Shown here: piece by piece, positions 15,359 to 24,361 of the stretch
Position numbering within the stretch: position 1 is the first letter of the stretch
Layout of the letters: each line of letters opens with the position of its first letter
Assembly (NCBI GenBank): GCA_031549735.1
Contig: JAVBPF010000048.1
Location: forward strand, 1-59,542
Source: Oscillospiraceae bacterium
Lineage (GTDB): Bacteria; Bacillota; Clostridia; Oscillospirales; UBA929
Direction: 5' to 3'
DNA: 59,542 nt
Notes under the pieces: generated by a model
Databases searched by the model: none
What the model was told of the DNA's origin: nothing
Seen by the model: only the letters and a program-made list of their open reading frames with translations
Position numbers and translations under genes: made by a program

Positions 15359-16687
15359 ATGTTTGATTTTGAAAAATACACCTCCATCATTCAGAATATG
15401 GATCCGCTCATCTACTCGGGCAAGGTCGAAATGATCACCGGGCTTACCGTTGAGTCGCGCGGACCGGCCGTCAAAATCGGCGAGATGTGCCTGATTTATA
15501 CACTGAAGGGCGACGCGCACCTGAACGCCGAAGTGGTCGGCTTCCGTGAGAACTTTGTGCTGCTGATGCCCTACGGCGATCTGGCCGGTGTCGGGCCGGG
15601 CTCGCGAGTGGTGTCGACCAACCAGATCCTGCGCGTGCCGGTCGGCATGAACTATATGGGGCGTGTGCTGGACGGCATGGGCAACCCTATTGACAACGGG
15701 CCGCCGCTGCTGGCCGATGAGTACTACCCGGTCGAAAACCATCCGCCCAACCCGCTGTCCCGCCCGCGTATTCAGGAAATCCTGCCGCTTGGGGTGCGCG
15801 CCATCGACGGCCTGCTCACCTGCGGACGCGGCCAGCGTATCGGCATTTTTGCCGGGTCGGGCGTCGGTAAATCCACCCTGCTCGGCATGATCGCGCGCAA
15901 CGCCCGGTCGGATGTCAACGTCATTACACTGATCGGTGAGCGCGGACGTGAGGTCAACGACTTCCTGCAGAAAGACCTCAAGGAGGAGGGCCTCAAGCGT
16001 TCGGTCATCGTGGTGGCCAGCAGCGACCAGCCCGCGCTGGTGCGCTCCAAGTCGGCCATGGTGGGCACCAGCATCGCCGAGTATTTCCGTGACAAGGGCC
16101 TAAACGTGCTGCTGATGATGGACAGCCTGACCCGATATGCCATGGCGCAGCGTGAGATCGGCATGGCGGTCGGCGAACCGCCGGTTTCGCGCGGGTATAC
16201 GCCGTCGGTCTACACGGTCATGCCCAAGCTGCTGGAGCGCACAGGCAATTCGGAGAAGGGGTCCATCACGGCGCTGTATACCGTGCTGGTCGAGGGCGAC
16301 GATCTGAACGAGCCGATCACCGACACCGCGCGCGGTATTTTGGACGGTCACATTGTGCTCTCGCGGGCTCTGGCCAACCGCAACCACTATCCGGCCATCG
16401 ACGTGCTGGCCAGCATTTCGCGTTTGATGAGCGACATCGCCGCGCCCGAGCACAAGCAGGCGGCCAACCGGTTCAAGGCACTGATGGCCGTGTACAAGGA
16501 CGCCGAGGATCTCATCAACATCGGCGCTTACAAGGCCGGATCCAATCCCGAAATTGACGAGGCCATCGCGCTTCACAAGGGCATCGAGGCCATCCTCAAC
16601 CAGCGTGTCGACGAGCCCTGTACCTTCGAGGAGACGGTGCGGCGCATTATTGAGCTGGTGCGGCCGGCGGAGAGCGCGTCGTCCTGA
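15359..16687 (+). CDS. fliI: Flagellum-specific ATP synthase FliI
   Basis: Walker A motif GSGVGKSTL and Walker B motif LLMMDSLTR with F1/T3SS-ATPase architecture. GGGAGGG RBS precedes ATG 15359. Confidence 0.96.
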   Translation: MFDFEKYTSIIQNMDPLIYSGKVEMITGLTVESRGPAVKIGEMCLIYTLKGDAHLNAEVVGFRENFVLLMPYGDLAGVGPGSRVVSTNQILRVPVGMNYMGRVLDGMGNPIDNGPPLLADEYYPVENHPPNPLSRPRIQEILPLGVRAIDGLLTCGRGQRIGIFAGSGVGKSTLLGMIARNARSDVNVITLIGERGREVNDFLQKDLKEEGLKRSVIVVASSDQPALVRSKSAMVGTSIAEYFRDKGLNVLLMMDSLTRYAMAQREIGMAVGEPPVSRGYTPSVYTVMPKLLERTGNSEKGSITALYTVLVEGDDLNEPITDTARGILDGHIVLSRALANRNHYPAIDVLASISRLMSDIAAPEHKQAANRFKALMAVYKDAEDLINIGAYKAGSNPEIDEAIALHKGIEAILNQRVDEPCTFEETVRRIIELVRPAESASS

Positions 16688-16731
16688 GGCGGCCGGACGG
16701 AGAGCGTGTCCTCCTGATGTGGCCGGCGGGG
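16661..16731 (+). repeat. Imperfect ~29-bp tandem duplication (about 2.5 copies) of the fliI 3' end, including its stop codon
   Basis: CGGCCGGCGGAGAGCGCGTCGTCCTGA (16661-16687), CGGCCGGACGGAGAGCGTGTCCTCCTGA (16690-16717) and GGCCGGCGGGG (16721-16731). Confidence 0.75.
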
Positions 16732-16784
16732 CGGAAAGAAATTGGAATCGTTTGTTCGAAGAGGCAATCAAGGGGGCGGCAGAG

Positions 16785-17237
16785 GTGGATTATCCGGGCA
16801 TTTTCAGAGGAAAAATTGAGGATGTACCGGTGCTGAGAAATGAGCTGGTAAGTCTCTGGCAGACCAAGAGCAAGAGGCAGATCTCGGCCTATGGCATACG
16901 GCTTGCGGAATGGATGCAAAGCGAATATTTCGCGGACGACGGCGCATGGTGTGAAGCGGTTATCGCGGTCAATCTCGAATGGCAGGAGGGCCAAGCGCCC
17001 TTTCAAAAGGGAAGGAATTTGGCGGGCGAGATCAACGCGCTGGCCAAAAGTCAACCCAGACAGAGAGACCTTGCCCTGAGAACGCTGGCGCAGATCGCCT
17101 GCATCCCCCATACCGAGCGCCACGGGATGTGGGCGTCCGACTATATGGTCAAGGTTGTGAATGAGACACATCCCTGTGATTTGGAGCGGGTCAAAGAGGT
17201 GCGTCAGCGGCAAATTGATTTGATTAGGGATTGTTAG
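16785..17237 (+). CDS. Hypothetical ~150-aa all-alpha-looking protein inserted between fliI and fliJ
   Basis: Open frame to 17237. AAGGGGG RBS lies 9 nt before GTG 16785; alternative starts are GTG 16719 and TTG 16752. It is not a known flagellar family. There is a loose resemblance to Imm5-type immunity proteins (W...C.E..., ...AL..LAQIA...H...H...ASDYMVK), from memory only. Confidence 0.5.
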   Translation: MDYPGIFRGKIEDVPVLRNELVSLWQTKSKRQISAYGIRLAEWMQSEYFADDGAWCEAVIAVNLEWQEGQAPFQKGRNLAGEINALAKSQPRQRDLALRTLAQIACIPHTERHGMWASDYMVKVVNETHPCDLERVKEVRQRQIDLIRDC

Positions 17238-17355
17238 ATTGACGCTGAATGAATCGACGCGGCAACACGGCGCGAATTTTTGCGCCTTTCAAGTTTTGGC
17301 AATGCAACTGGGGCACAAAGAGTTTGTATTGAATGAGGAAAAGGGGGAGCGATCG

Positions 17356-17814
17356 TTGAAAAAATTCCAATTCTCAATGGCCTCCCTGCTGACTGTGAAG
17401 GAATCGCTGGAAAAGCAGCTCAAGGGAGAGATCGCCGAGGCCGAAGCGCGCATCCGCCAATTTGAAGCGCAGAAGCATGCCGTGGAGGTGCGTCTGGAGG
17501 AGGCGCGGGCGCAGCATCTGGAAAAAATCCGGCAGGGGTGTGACGCGCGCGAGCTTACGCGCAACCAGATCGGATTCAACGCCCTCTATGAAAAGATTAC
17601 GGCCTGCGAGGAGAAAATACAGGTGGCCACTGTGGAGCGCAACCGCATTCAGGTGGCGCTGGTCGAGGCCATGACCGAACGAAAAATGCTGGAGAAGCTC
17701 AGAGAGAAGCAGTGGGATCTTTACCGCGAAGAGCAGAAGAAGGAAGAGGCGGCCAACATCGATGACTTTTTGTCCAGCCGCATCACGCGCGACCGGAACC
17801 GGCTGCCCGACTGA
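17356..17814 (+). CDS. fliJ: Flagellar export chaperone FliJ
   Basis: (M)KKFQFSMASLLTVKESLEKQLKGEIAEAE... coiled coil with MLEKLREKQWDLYREEQKKEE. AAGGGGGA RBS lies 8 nt before TTG 17356. Confidence 0.85.
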   Translation: MKKFQFSMASLLTVKESLEKQLKGEIAEAEARIRQFEAQKHAVEVRLEEARAQHLEKIRQGCDARELTRNQIGFNALYEKITACEEKIQVATVERNRIQVALVEAMTERKMLEKLREKQWDLYREEQKKEEAANIDDFLSSRITRDRNRLPD

Positions 17815-17883
17815 GCTTTTGCCGCCGTAAATAAAAGAATTTGCCGATAAACGCACCGCCATTCGGTGCCGGGGGGTATTCCG

Positions 17884-18630
17884 ATGTCCGAGGAAAAGAG
17901 AGACTTTATTGAGGAAGAAACCGTCGATTTGACCCAATCCAAAAAAACGAAAGCGCCCAAACCCAAAGCGCCGCCCAAGCCGAAGGCCCCGCCCAAACCG
18001 GCGGCGTCCAAATCGAAGGCGTCCAAAGCGGGCAAGGCGTCTAAACGGGACAAAGGAAAGAAACAAAAACAGAAAAAAGAAAAAACAGGAAAACGTGGCG
18101 GCGTCGGCAAGGGCGCCTTTGTCATGTTCGTTTTTATGCTGCTGCTGATTGTCGGGGCGGCGGGCGCCGTGTATTTTGACGTGGGCGGCACCAAGCTGAT
18201 GGTGGCCGACCTGCTCGACCTCAATCGCGCCGTTGAGGACGCCCGGGAACAGCATTTGATGGAGCTTGAGAAAAAATTGGATGAAAAATCCAATCAAAAC
18301 GCGGCCGAGCTGGATGAAATCGACCGACGCGAGAAGGATGTAACCGAACGGGAACAGGCTGTTGCGATTCTGGAGCAAGCGCTGGAAGATAATAGCGCGG
18401 ATAATGGAGAAATAAAAGCTCAACCCGGTGCAGAGAATACCGATATAGCGAGTGTGGTCAAGACATTGGAGCTCATGAGTGCCGATTCGGCGGCTAAAGT
18501 TATCGCCAAAATGTCCGATAGAAATTATGTGCTCAGGTTGTTCTCTTCTATGAAGAACGACACGCGCTCAGCCATATTGGAGGAAATGGACGCCTCGCTG
18601 GCCGCCTCCATTTTGACGGATCTCGGGTGA
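17884..18630 (+). CDS. YlxF/MotE-like flagellar protein (MgtE_N-type C-terminal domain) with a Lys/Pro-rich N-terminal tail and one TM helix
   Basis: KAPKPKAPPKPKAPPKP tail, TM segment FVMFVFMLLLIVGAAGAVYF, coiled coil, then LMSADSAAKVIAKMSDRNYVLRLFSSMKNDTRSAILEEMDASLAASIL. It occupies the same position as B. subtilis ylxF. Confidence 0.75.
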   Translation: MSEEKRDFIEEETVDLTQSKKTKAPKPKAPPKPKAPPKPAASKSKASKAGKASKRDKGKKQKQKKEKTGKRGGVGKGAFVMFVFMLLLIVGAAGAVYFDVGGTKLMVADLLDLNRAVEDAREQHLMELEKKLDEKSNQNAAELDEIDRREKDVTEREQAVAILEQALEDNSADNGEIKAQPGAENTDIASVVKTLELMSADSAAKVIAKMSDRNYVLRLFSSMKNDTRSAILEEMDASLAASILTDLG

Positions 18631-18737
18631 TGGGAATTTCGCGGCCAAGTCGACGTGGTCACGGTTCCACAGACTACCCCGGCTGAGAGAGCGCAACGCC
18701 GAGGCAAGGATGCTCTTCCTTTGAAAGGAGGAACACA

Positions 18738-20117
18738 ATGACCGATCTCTCAGTGCTTTCTGTTCTGTTGAACGGAACCCAGACGACCTCGCAGCGAGAC
18801 ACCTCCGCCGCCAAGAACGGCCGAACCCAATTTGGCGACGCGCTCCTTCGGTTTGCCGAAAAAAACGCGGCGCAAAACAAGAAAAAGAAGGATCTGCCGC
18901 CGGCCGAGCTGGCCGCGATGATGCAGACCCCCACCCCCAACAACCAGTCCGTCGCACCCAACAAGGATGAAAGCGAGAACCTCTCGGTTCTCAATGACAA
19001 GGATGTCGCCGATGCTCAGGCCCCGACCCAAACGCCGCTCGAACAACTAAGCCAAATTTTGGACGATCTGGCGGCCGAAGCCGGGTACGAGAATCTTGAT
19101 GATATGCTGCAAAATCCCCGCGCCTCCGACGAGGAGGGCGTCGATGAACTTTCATTGCTGACCGAACTGATCGCCCGTTTAAGCCTCGATTCTCCGCAGG
19201 ACATCATCGCCGCGGCCCGCGCGGTTCTCGGCGTAGATGAGACGCAGGCCGGCCAGATGGCCGAAATCAACGATTCCGATCCGGAGACCGAAGCGATGAT
19301 CCAGGCGCTCAAGCGGTTGCTGGAGAATGAAACCGGCAGTCAGCAGGAGACCGAAGTCCGCTCGGCTCTTTGGCGTCTTTCCCATTTGGAAGAGGATTCG
19401 CCTCCCGAGGTTGAAATGACGACCGAAAACGACGTTGTCGCCACGCTTGCCCTGGACGACGTCTCGGGAGAACTGGACACCCAGCTATTAAACGGCGAGT
19501 CAGAGACAGCCGCCGAGGGGATGCCGGAGGATTCGGACGGTGACCGTGTACGTACCAGCAGTGCTGATGCGCCGGTCGATCACTCGTTTGCCGCGCATCT
19601 CAACCGGGAAGCGCCGGTCGTGACCGAAGCGCCGCCTCCTGCCGAATCGGTTCAGCCCCACGCCGTCAACCAGCAGATTGTGCAGGCCGTCAAGCTGGGG
19701 CAGGAGCAGGGTGTCACGTCGATGAAGCTGCTGCTCAATCCGGAATTTTTGGGGCCGATCAGTATTGTGCTTTCGATGAGCTCGGAAGGGCTCAAGGCGC
19801 ACATCACCGCCGAAAACGGACAGGCGCACAGCCTGCTGGCCAGCCAAATCCAAGAGCTGACCGACCGGATGAAAAACGCCGGAATCGATATGCAGTCCAT
19901 TGAAGTCACACAGTCCGAGATCAACTGGGACTATTCGCGCGGCGGACAGGAACAGCGCAACGGCGAGCCGCAGACGCCGTATCAGGCACCGGTGCGCCGG
20001 GCGCTGCAGATGGCGGCGCTGAACACCGTCCTGACGCCACAGACACAAGTCTACGAAATGGCCGCCGTATCCGCTTCAGCCGATTTGCTGGACGGCGGTG
20101 TGGAATACTTCGCATAG
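18738..20117 (+). CDS. fliK: Flagellar hook-length control protein FliK
   Basis: Acidic, disordered N-terminal two-thirds. C-terminal Flg_hook domain LLLNPEFLGPISIVLSMSSEGLKAHITAENGQAHSLLASQIQELTDRMKNAGI. Confidence 0.88.
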   Translation: MTDLSVLSVLLNGTQTTSQRDTSAAKNGRTQFGDALLRFAEKNAAQNKKKKDLPPAELAAMMQTPTPNNQSVAPNKDESENLSVLNDKDVADAQAPTQTPLEQLSQILDDLAAEAGYENLDDMLQNPRASDEEGVDELSLLTELIARLSLDSPQDIIAAARAVLGVDETQAGQMAEINDSDPETEAMIQALKRLLENETGSQQETEVRSALWRLSHLEEDSPPEVEMTTENDVVATLALDDVSGELDTQLLNGESETAAEGMPEDSDGDRVRTSSADAPVDHSFAAHLNREAPVVTEAPPPAESVQPHAVNQQIVQAVKLGQEQGVTSMKLLLNPEFLGPISIVLSMSSEGLKAHITAENGQAHSLLASQIQELTDRMKNAGIDMQSIEVTQSEINWDYSRGGQEQRNGEPQTPYQAPVRRALQMAALNTVLTPQTQVYEMAAVSASADLLDGGVEYFA

Positions 20118-20139
20118 GCCAAAAAGAAGGGAGCCCTCT

Positions 20140-20838
20140 ATGCCTGAATCCACCATTTTGCCGGTCTTTGACCGCACACAATACAAATACACCGAACAGG
20201 TGAAGACTGCCAATCAGGAGCTGGGCAAGGATCAATTCCTGCAAATCCTGATTACGCAGCTGCAAAACCAGGATCCCACGGCCCCGATGGAGGATACGGC
20301 CATGATCGCGCAGATGGCGCAGTTTTCGTCGCTTGAGTCTATGAACAACCTGTCCAACAACTTCTCGCTCTCTCAGGCCTACGGCATGATTGGACAGGGC
20401 ATCATCGGCACGGTGCGCAACGCGGAGACCGGTGTGATCAGTTCCGTGGCCGGTACGGTCGATTCGGCCGGGATGCTCAACGGCCAGCCCTATGTGATGG
20501 TCGGAAACGAGACGGTATATGTGTCCAACATCACGCAGGTGTTTGACAACAAGATCATCTCGGGCAACGCCGAAGCCATCTCGGCCGGTACCAACATGGT
20601 GGGCAAATACGTCCAGGCCGACGTGGTCATTGACGAAAAGAAAGTCACCGTTGAGGGTCTGGTTGAAAAGCTGATTGTTCGGGACGGCGGCGTCTATGTC
20701 AAGGTGGGCGACCACGAGCTGGGCCTGTTCCAGATCACGGCGGTTTCCAACAAGCCCTTCCCCCCGGCCGAGACCAAGCCCGCCGACCCAAATGCGGATG
20801 AGGTGGCTCCGACGACGGACGCCGGCGCGGAGATCTGA
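20140..20838 (+). CDS. flgD: Flagellar hook capping/assembly protein FlgD
   Basis: ELGKDQFLQILITQLQNQDPTAPMEDTAMIAQMAQFSSLE is the canonical FlgD motif. An RBS precedes ATG 20140. Confidence 0.93.
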   Translation: MPESTILPVFDRTQYKYTEQVKTANQELGKDQFLQILITQLQNQDPTAPMEDTAMIAQMAQFSSLESMNNLSNNFSLSQAYGMIGQGIIGTVRNAETGVISSVAGTVDSAGMLNGQPYVMVGNETVYVSNITQVFDNKIISGNAEAISAGTNMVGKYVQADVVIDEKKVTVEGLVEKLIVRDGGVYVKVGDHELGLFQITAVSNKPFPPAETKPADPNADEVAPTTDAGAEI

Positions 20839-20956
20839 CCCGCCGACACCGAAATCTCCGAAGAAACCGTGCTGCAGTTGTTGAAAATTCGTGCACTCAC
20901 ATAATCCGACCGCACAGCGGGTTTGGCCGCGGTGCCTATCATAAGGAGGACAATTT

Positions 20957-21853
20957 ATGCTGAGATCCATGTTCGCCGGCGTGTCCGGGCTGCGTTCCCA
21001 TCAGGTCAAAATGGACGTCATCGGCAACAACATTGCCAACGTCAACACATACGGATATAAGGCCAGCCGCGTCACGTTCCAGGAAATGTACAACCAGACG
21101 CTGCGCTCGTCCTCTTCGCCCTCGGCCGCGCTGGGCGGCACCAATCCGCTGCAGGTCGGTCTGGGCGCGACTACTTCCTCTATCGACGTCGTCCATGAGG
21201 CAGGCGGCACGGCCACCACCGATCGTTCGCTCGACTTCGCCATTGCGGGCGAGGGATTCTTCGCCGTCAAGCAGAATGACAACATCTACTACACGCGCGC
21301 GGGCAACTTCTACCTCGACGACAACGGGTTTATGGTCACGTCCACGGGTATGTACCTCCAGGGCACCATGCTGGGCGATGAGAGCGCTTTCCCGACCGGA
21401 TTCAGCGGAACCATGAAGTTTGTCACCGCAGCGGACATGGCGGCGCTGTCCACCTTGAACGCCGGGGATCACATGGGCCGTATCATGATTCCCGACGGTA
21501 TGTTTGTCAGCTATTCCATCGACAAAAATGGTTTGATCTCGGGCATCACCGAAAACGACGATCTGGTGCCCGTTGCTCAGATGGCGGTTGGTACCTTCAC
21601 CAACGCACCGGGTCTGAGCCGTGTCGGCAACAACCTGTACGAGAAGTCCAACAACTCAGGCGAGCCCATCCTGCACAAGCCGGGCGAAGGCGGTTCGGGC
21701 ACCCTGGTGCCGGGCTCGCTGGAAATGTCCAACGTCGACCTGTCCAAGGAATTCACCGATATGATCATCACGCAGCGCGGCTTCCAGGCCAATTCCCGCG
21801 TCATCACAGTCTCGGATACCCTGCTGGAGGAGCTTATCAATCTGAAACGCTAG
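20957..21853 (+). CDS. flgE: Flagellar hook protein FlgE (short form)
   Basis: MLRSMFAGVSGLRSHQVKMDVIGNNIANVNTYGYK...LEMSNVDLSKEFTDMIITQRGFQANSRVITVSDTLLEELINLKR. Confidence 0.9.
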   Translation: MLRSMFAGVSGLRSHQVKMDVIGNNIANVNTYGYKASRVTFQEMYNQTLRSSSSPSAALGGTNPLQVGLGATTSSIDVVHEAGGTATTDRSLDFAIAGEGFFAVKQNDNIYYTRAGNFYLDDNGFMVTSTGMYLQGTMLGDESAFPTGFSGTMKFVTAADMAALSTLNAGDHMGRIMIPDGMFVSYSIDKNGLISGITENDDLVPVAQMAVGTFTNAPGLSRVGNNLYEKSNNSGEPILHKPGEGGSGTLVPGSLEMSNVDLSKEFTDMIITQRGFQANSRVITVSDTLLEELINLKR

Positions 21854-22082
21854 GCCTTGAGTGAATCGTTCGCCCGAGCCTGACCGTCATTCGGAAGCCC
21901 ACCGGAGAACCTCCGGTGGGCTGGGACGTTGACAGATTCCACGTCCCGGACGATTTGGCGGACGAACACGCCAAATCTGTCACTGCGGTGGGTGATTGAA
22001 TGCGAAAGCGGGGGCTGCCGCCCCTCCTTTCACACGTTCCCTCCGCTTGCGCCCCAGACACGCTCGTTTGCTTGCAGCCCGA

Positions 22083-22116
22083 CCCACCGGAGAGAACTCC
22101 GGTGGGCTTCCGTTTT
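22083..22116 (+). terminator. Rho-independent terminator after flgE
   Basis: CCCACCGGAG-AGAA-CTCCGGTGGG followed by CTTCCGTTTT. A near-identical hairpin without a T-run lies at 21898-21920. Confidence 0.65.
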
Positions 22117-22224
22117 AAACAAGCAATTCGAATGATTCTTATGTGAACTTTTGCCCATTGTGACGGATTTTGGCCATGGCGCCGCGCCCTCTTTGTCGCA
22201 AAGGAATGAAAAATAAATAATCCT

Positions 22225-22253
22225 TTACAACTTATAGGGAAATTGGGTATAAT
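22225..22253 (+). promoter_or_regulatory. Sigma-A type promoter TTACAA-17 nt-TATAAT upstream of flbD-motAB
   Basis: TTACAA at 22225-22230 and TATAAT at 22248-22253 in the only AT-rich stretch of the 580-nt flgE/flbD spacer. Confidence 0.55.
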
Positions 22254-22436
22254 AGCTCCATAAAACAGGCGGGATTTCGACCAATTTTGGGGAGATGCGA
22301 AAGAAAACAGGCGGCACGGGGCGCATGTTGGCTCTGATATTTTTCCCGCCGCAACCATCTCTTTTGTGGGTCTTGATTATCGCTATTTTTTATGACTACT
22401 GTTTTCTTTGATAAAGACCGAGGGGGAGGGGCACGC

Positions 22437-22655
22437 ATGATCAAGGTTTCCCGTCTCAACGAGAAAGAGTTCTATGTCAATCCACATCTCATTGAATTCA
22501 TTGAGGAGACGCCCGACACGGTCGTCACACTGACCACCGGCAAGAAAATCGTTGTGGCCGAATCGGCGCAGGAGATTGTGCGGCGCGTGATCAACTATCG
22601 GCTGGCTTTGTTTACCAAGCTGCCGACCGTTGTGTCCCGGGACACGTCGAACTGA
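22437..22655 (+). CDS. flbD: Flagellar protein FlbD
   Basis: MIKVSRLNEKEFYVNPHLIEFIEETPDTVVTLTTGKKIVVAESAQEIV is a typical FlbD sequence. GAGGGGGAGGGG RBS present. Confidence 0.9.
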   Translation: MIKVSRLNEKEFYVNPHLIEFIEETPDTVVTLTTGKKIVVAESAQEIVRRVINYRLALFTKLPTVVSRDTSN

Positions 22656-22710
22656 TTCATAACGGACGAGAGCCGCATGCGACGGCGAATGTCACTCTGG
22701 GGGGATTGTT

Positions 22711-23514
22711 TTGGAGCTAACCACCATTATCGGCCTTGTATCCGGCATGGCGATGCTGATCATCGGCATCTTCTGGGGGGGCGGCGTTATCAGCTCCTTC
22801 ATCGACCCGTCCTCGGTCATGATCACCATCGGCGGCTCAATCGCCGCTCTTTTTGTGGCCTATCCGATGCGGGACATCGCCACCTTGACCAAGGTCATGG
22901 GGGTTGTGTTCAAAAAAGGCCGCCAAACCGATCCCAAGGGCGCGATCTCGGTGATCATCGAAATGGCCAATCTGGCACGCAAGGAGGGCTTGCTGGCGCT
23001 GGAAGAAACGGCCCGACAGCTGGACGATCCCTATTTGCAGAAGGGCGTTATGCTGATTGTCGACGGCACGGATCCCGAGCTGGTCAAGGGGATCATGGAG
23101 GCGGAAATCGCCACCATCAGCGATCGACACATGAAAGGTGTCGGATTGCTTGAAAATATGGGCGCCTATGGACCGGCGTTCGGTATGCTGGGTACGCTGA
23201 TCGGTCTCATCAATATGTTGAAAAATCTGGACGACCCCTCGGCACTGGGTCCAGGTATGGCCACGGCACTGGTTACCACTTTCTACGGCAGTTTGATGGC
23301 GAACTTGATCTTTATTCCGATGGCCAATAAGGCCAAGGTGCGAAGCGCTGATGAGATTTTTATTATGGAAATGATGTTGGAGGGAATGCTCTCGATTCAA
23401 GCGGGCGAGAATCCCCGCATCATTGAGGAAAAGCTCTATTCCTTCCTGCCGCGTTCGGCCAAGGATGAGGCGGCCGCGGAGACCAACGCGCAGGACGGAG
23501 AACCGGCTGAATAA
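22711..23514 (+). CDS. motA: Flagellar motor stator protein MotA
   Basis: 267 aa with four TM segments and AYGPAFGMLGTLIGLINML...MATALVTTFYGSLMANLIFIPMA. Confidence 0.93.
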   Translation: MELTTIIGLVSGMAMLIIGIFWGGGVISSFIDPSSVMITIGGSIAALFVAYPMRDIATLTKVMGVVFKKGRQTDPKGAISVIIEMANLARKEGLLALEETARQLDDPYLQKGVMLIVDGTDPELVKGIMEAEIATISDRHMKGVGLLENMGAYGPAFGMLGTLIGLINMLKNLDDPSALGPGMATALVTTFYGSLMANLIFIPMANKAKVRSADEIFIMEMMLEGMLSIQAGENPRIIEEKLYSFLPRSAKDEAAAETNAQDGEPAE

Positions 23515-23544
23515 ACGCCGCATCGGGAAATGGAGGTGTAACCC

Positions 23545-24357
23545 GTGGCCAAGAAAAAAGAGCCGGCACCGGCGCCGGGTTCGCCGGCCTGGATGACCAC
23601 TTATGGCGATATGGTGACACTGCTGCTCACCTTTTTCGTTTTGCTTTTCTCTTTTTCCAGCATCGACGCGGCCAAGTGGCAGGGGCTGGTCTCGGCCTTC
23701 ACCGGTTCGACCGGCATCTGGGACGGCCAGGATCTGCCCAGCAATATTGATGACATTTGGGGAGAGCCGCACGGCAGCGCCGAGGAAACCGAGGAGGAGG
23801 AGCTGGGGAACCTCGGGGAGATTGTTGACGAGCCGGACGAATGGGAAACGGTCATTCATGACATCATCCAGTATGTGCAGGGGGCCGGTCTGGCCGGCAA
23901 CGCGACCGTGGAGTCCAATGAGTTTGAGATTGTTGTGCGCGTGCCGGGCGATATTCTGTTTGATTCGGCCAAGGCCGATATCAAGGAGGAGGCCAAACCG
24001 TTCATTTTAGGCTTTTTTGAGGAGCGGGTATGGCCCTACATCGATGAGTTTTCCACCATCCGCATCGAGGGACACACCGACAACATCCCCATCCGAAACG
24101 GCGTTTTTTCCGACAACGTGCAGCTTTCGCAGCGTCGAAGCTGGGCCGTGTGGGATTTCATCGTCAACACCTATCCCGCAGCGCACCCCGACTATCCGAA
24201 ACTCGATCCGACCATGGTCGACTGCAACGGACGCGGGGAATACCACCCCATCGACACCAACGACACAGAGGCCGGTCGCGCGCACAACCGACGCGTCGAC
24301 TTTGTGCTGGTACGCAAGCTGGATACAACCGATCCTCAAAAATCATCTGGAGGCTGA
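23545..24357 (+). CDS. motB: Flagellar motor stator protein MotB (OmpA-like C-terminal domain)
   Basis: WMTTYGDMVTLLLTFFVLLFSFS carries the plug/TM segment with the conserved Asp. The C-terminal IEGHTDNIPI...LSQRRSWAVWDF...NRRVDFVL is an OmpA-type motif. Confidence 0.93.
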   Translation: MAKKKEPAPAPGSPAWMTTYGDMVTLLLTFFVLLFSFSSIDAAKWQGLVSAFTGSTGIWDGQDLPSNIDDIWGEPHGSAEETEEEELGNLGEIVDEPDEWETVIHDIIQYVQGAGLAGNATVESNEFEIVVRVPGDILFDSAKADIKEEAKPFILGFFEERVWPYIDEFSTIRIEGHTDNIPIRNGVFSDNVQLSQRRSWAVWDFIVNTYPAAHPDYPKLDPTMVDCNGRGEYHPIDTNDTEAGRAHNRRVDFVLVRKLDTTDPQKSSGG

Positions 24358-24361
24358 TGTT

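Noticed and set aside
16554-16784. The N-terminal 77 codons of ORF 16554..17237, which overlap the end of fliI.
   Set aside because: This part is Arg/Ser/Pro/Ala-rich, lies inside the strongly supported fliI frame, and has no RBS. RBS-supported starts exist downstream (GTG 16785), so only the distal part is called.
22254-22436. A possible c-di-GMP (GEMM) or other riboswitch in the long flbD leader.
   Set aside because: I could not find the GEMM-I/II signature blocks (e.g. GCACAGGGCAAACC...GGACGCAAAGCC) or any other riboswitch core I know. It is retained only as an unexplained long leader in the findings.
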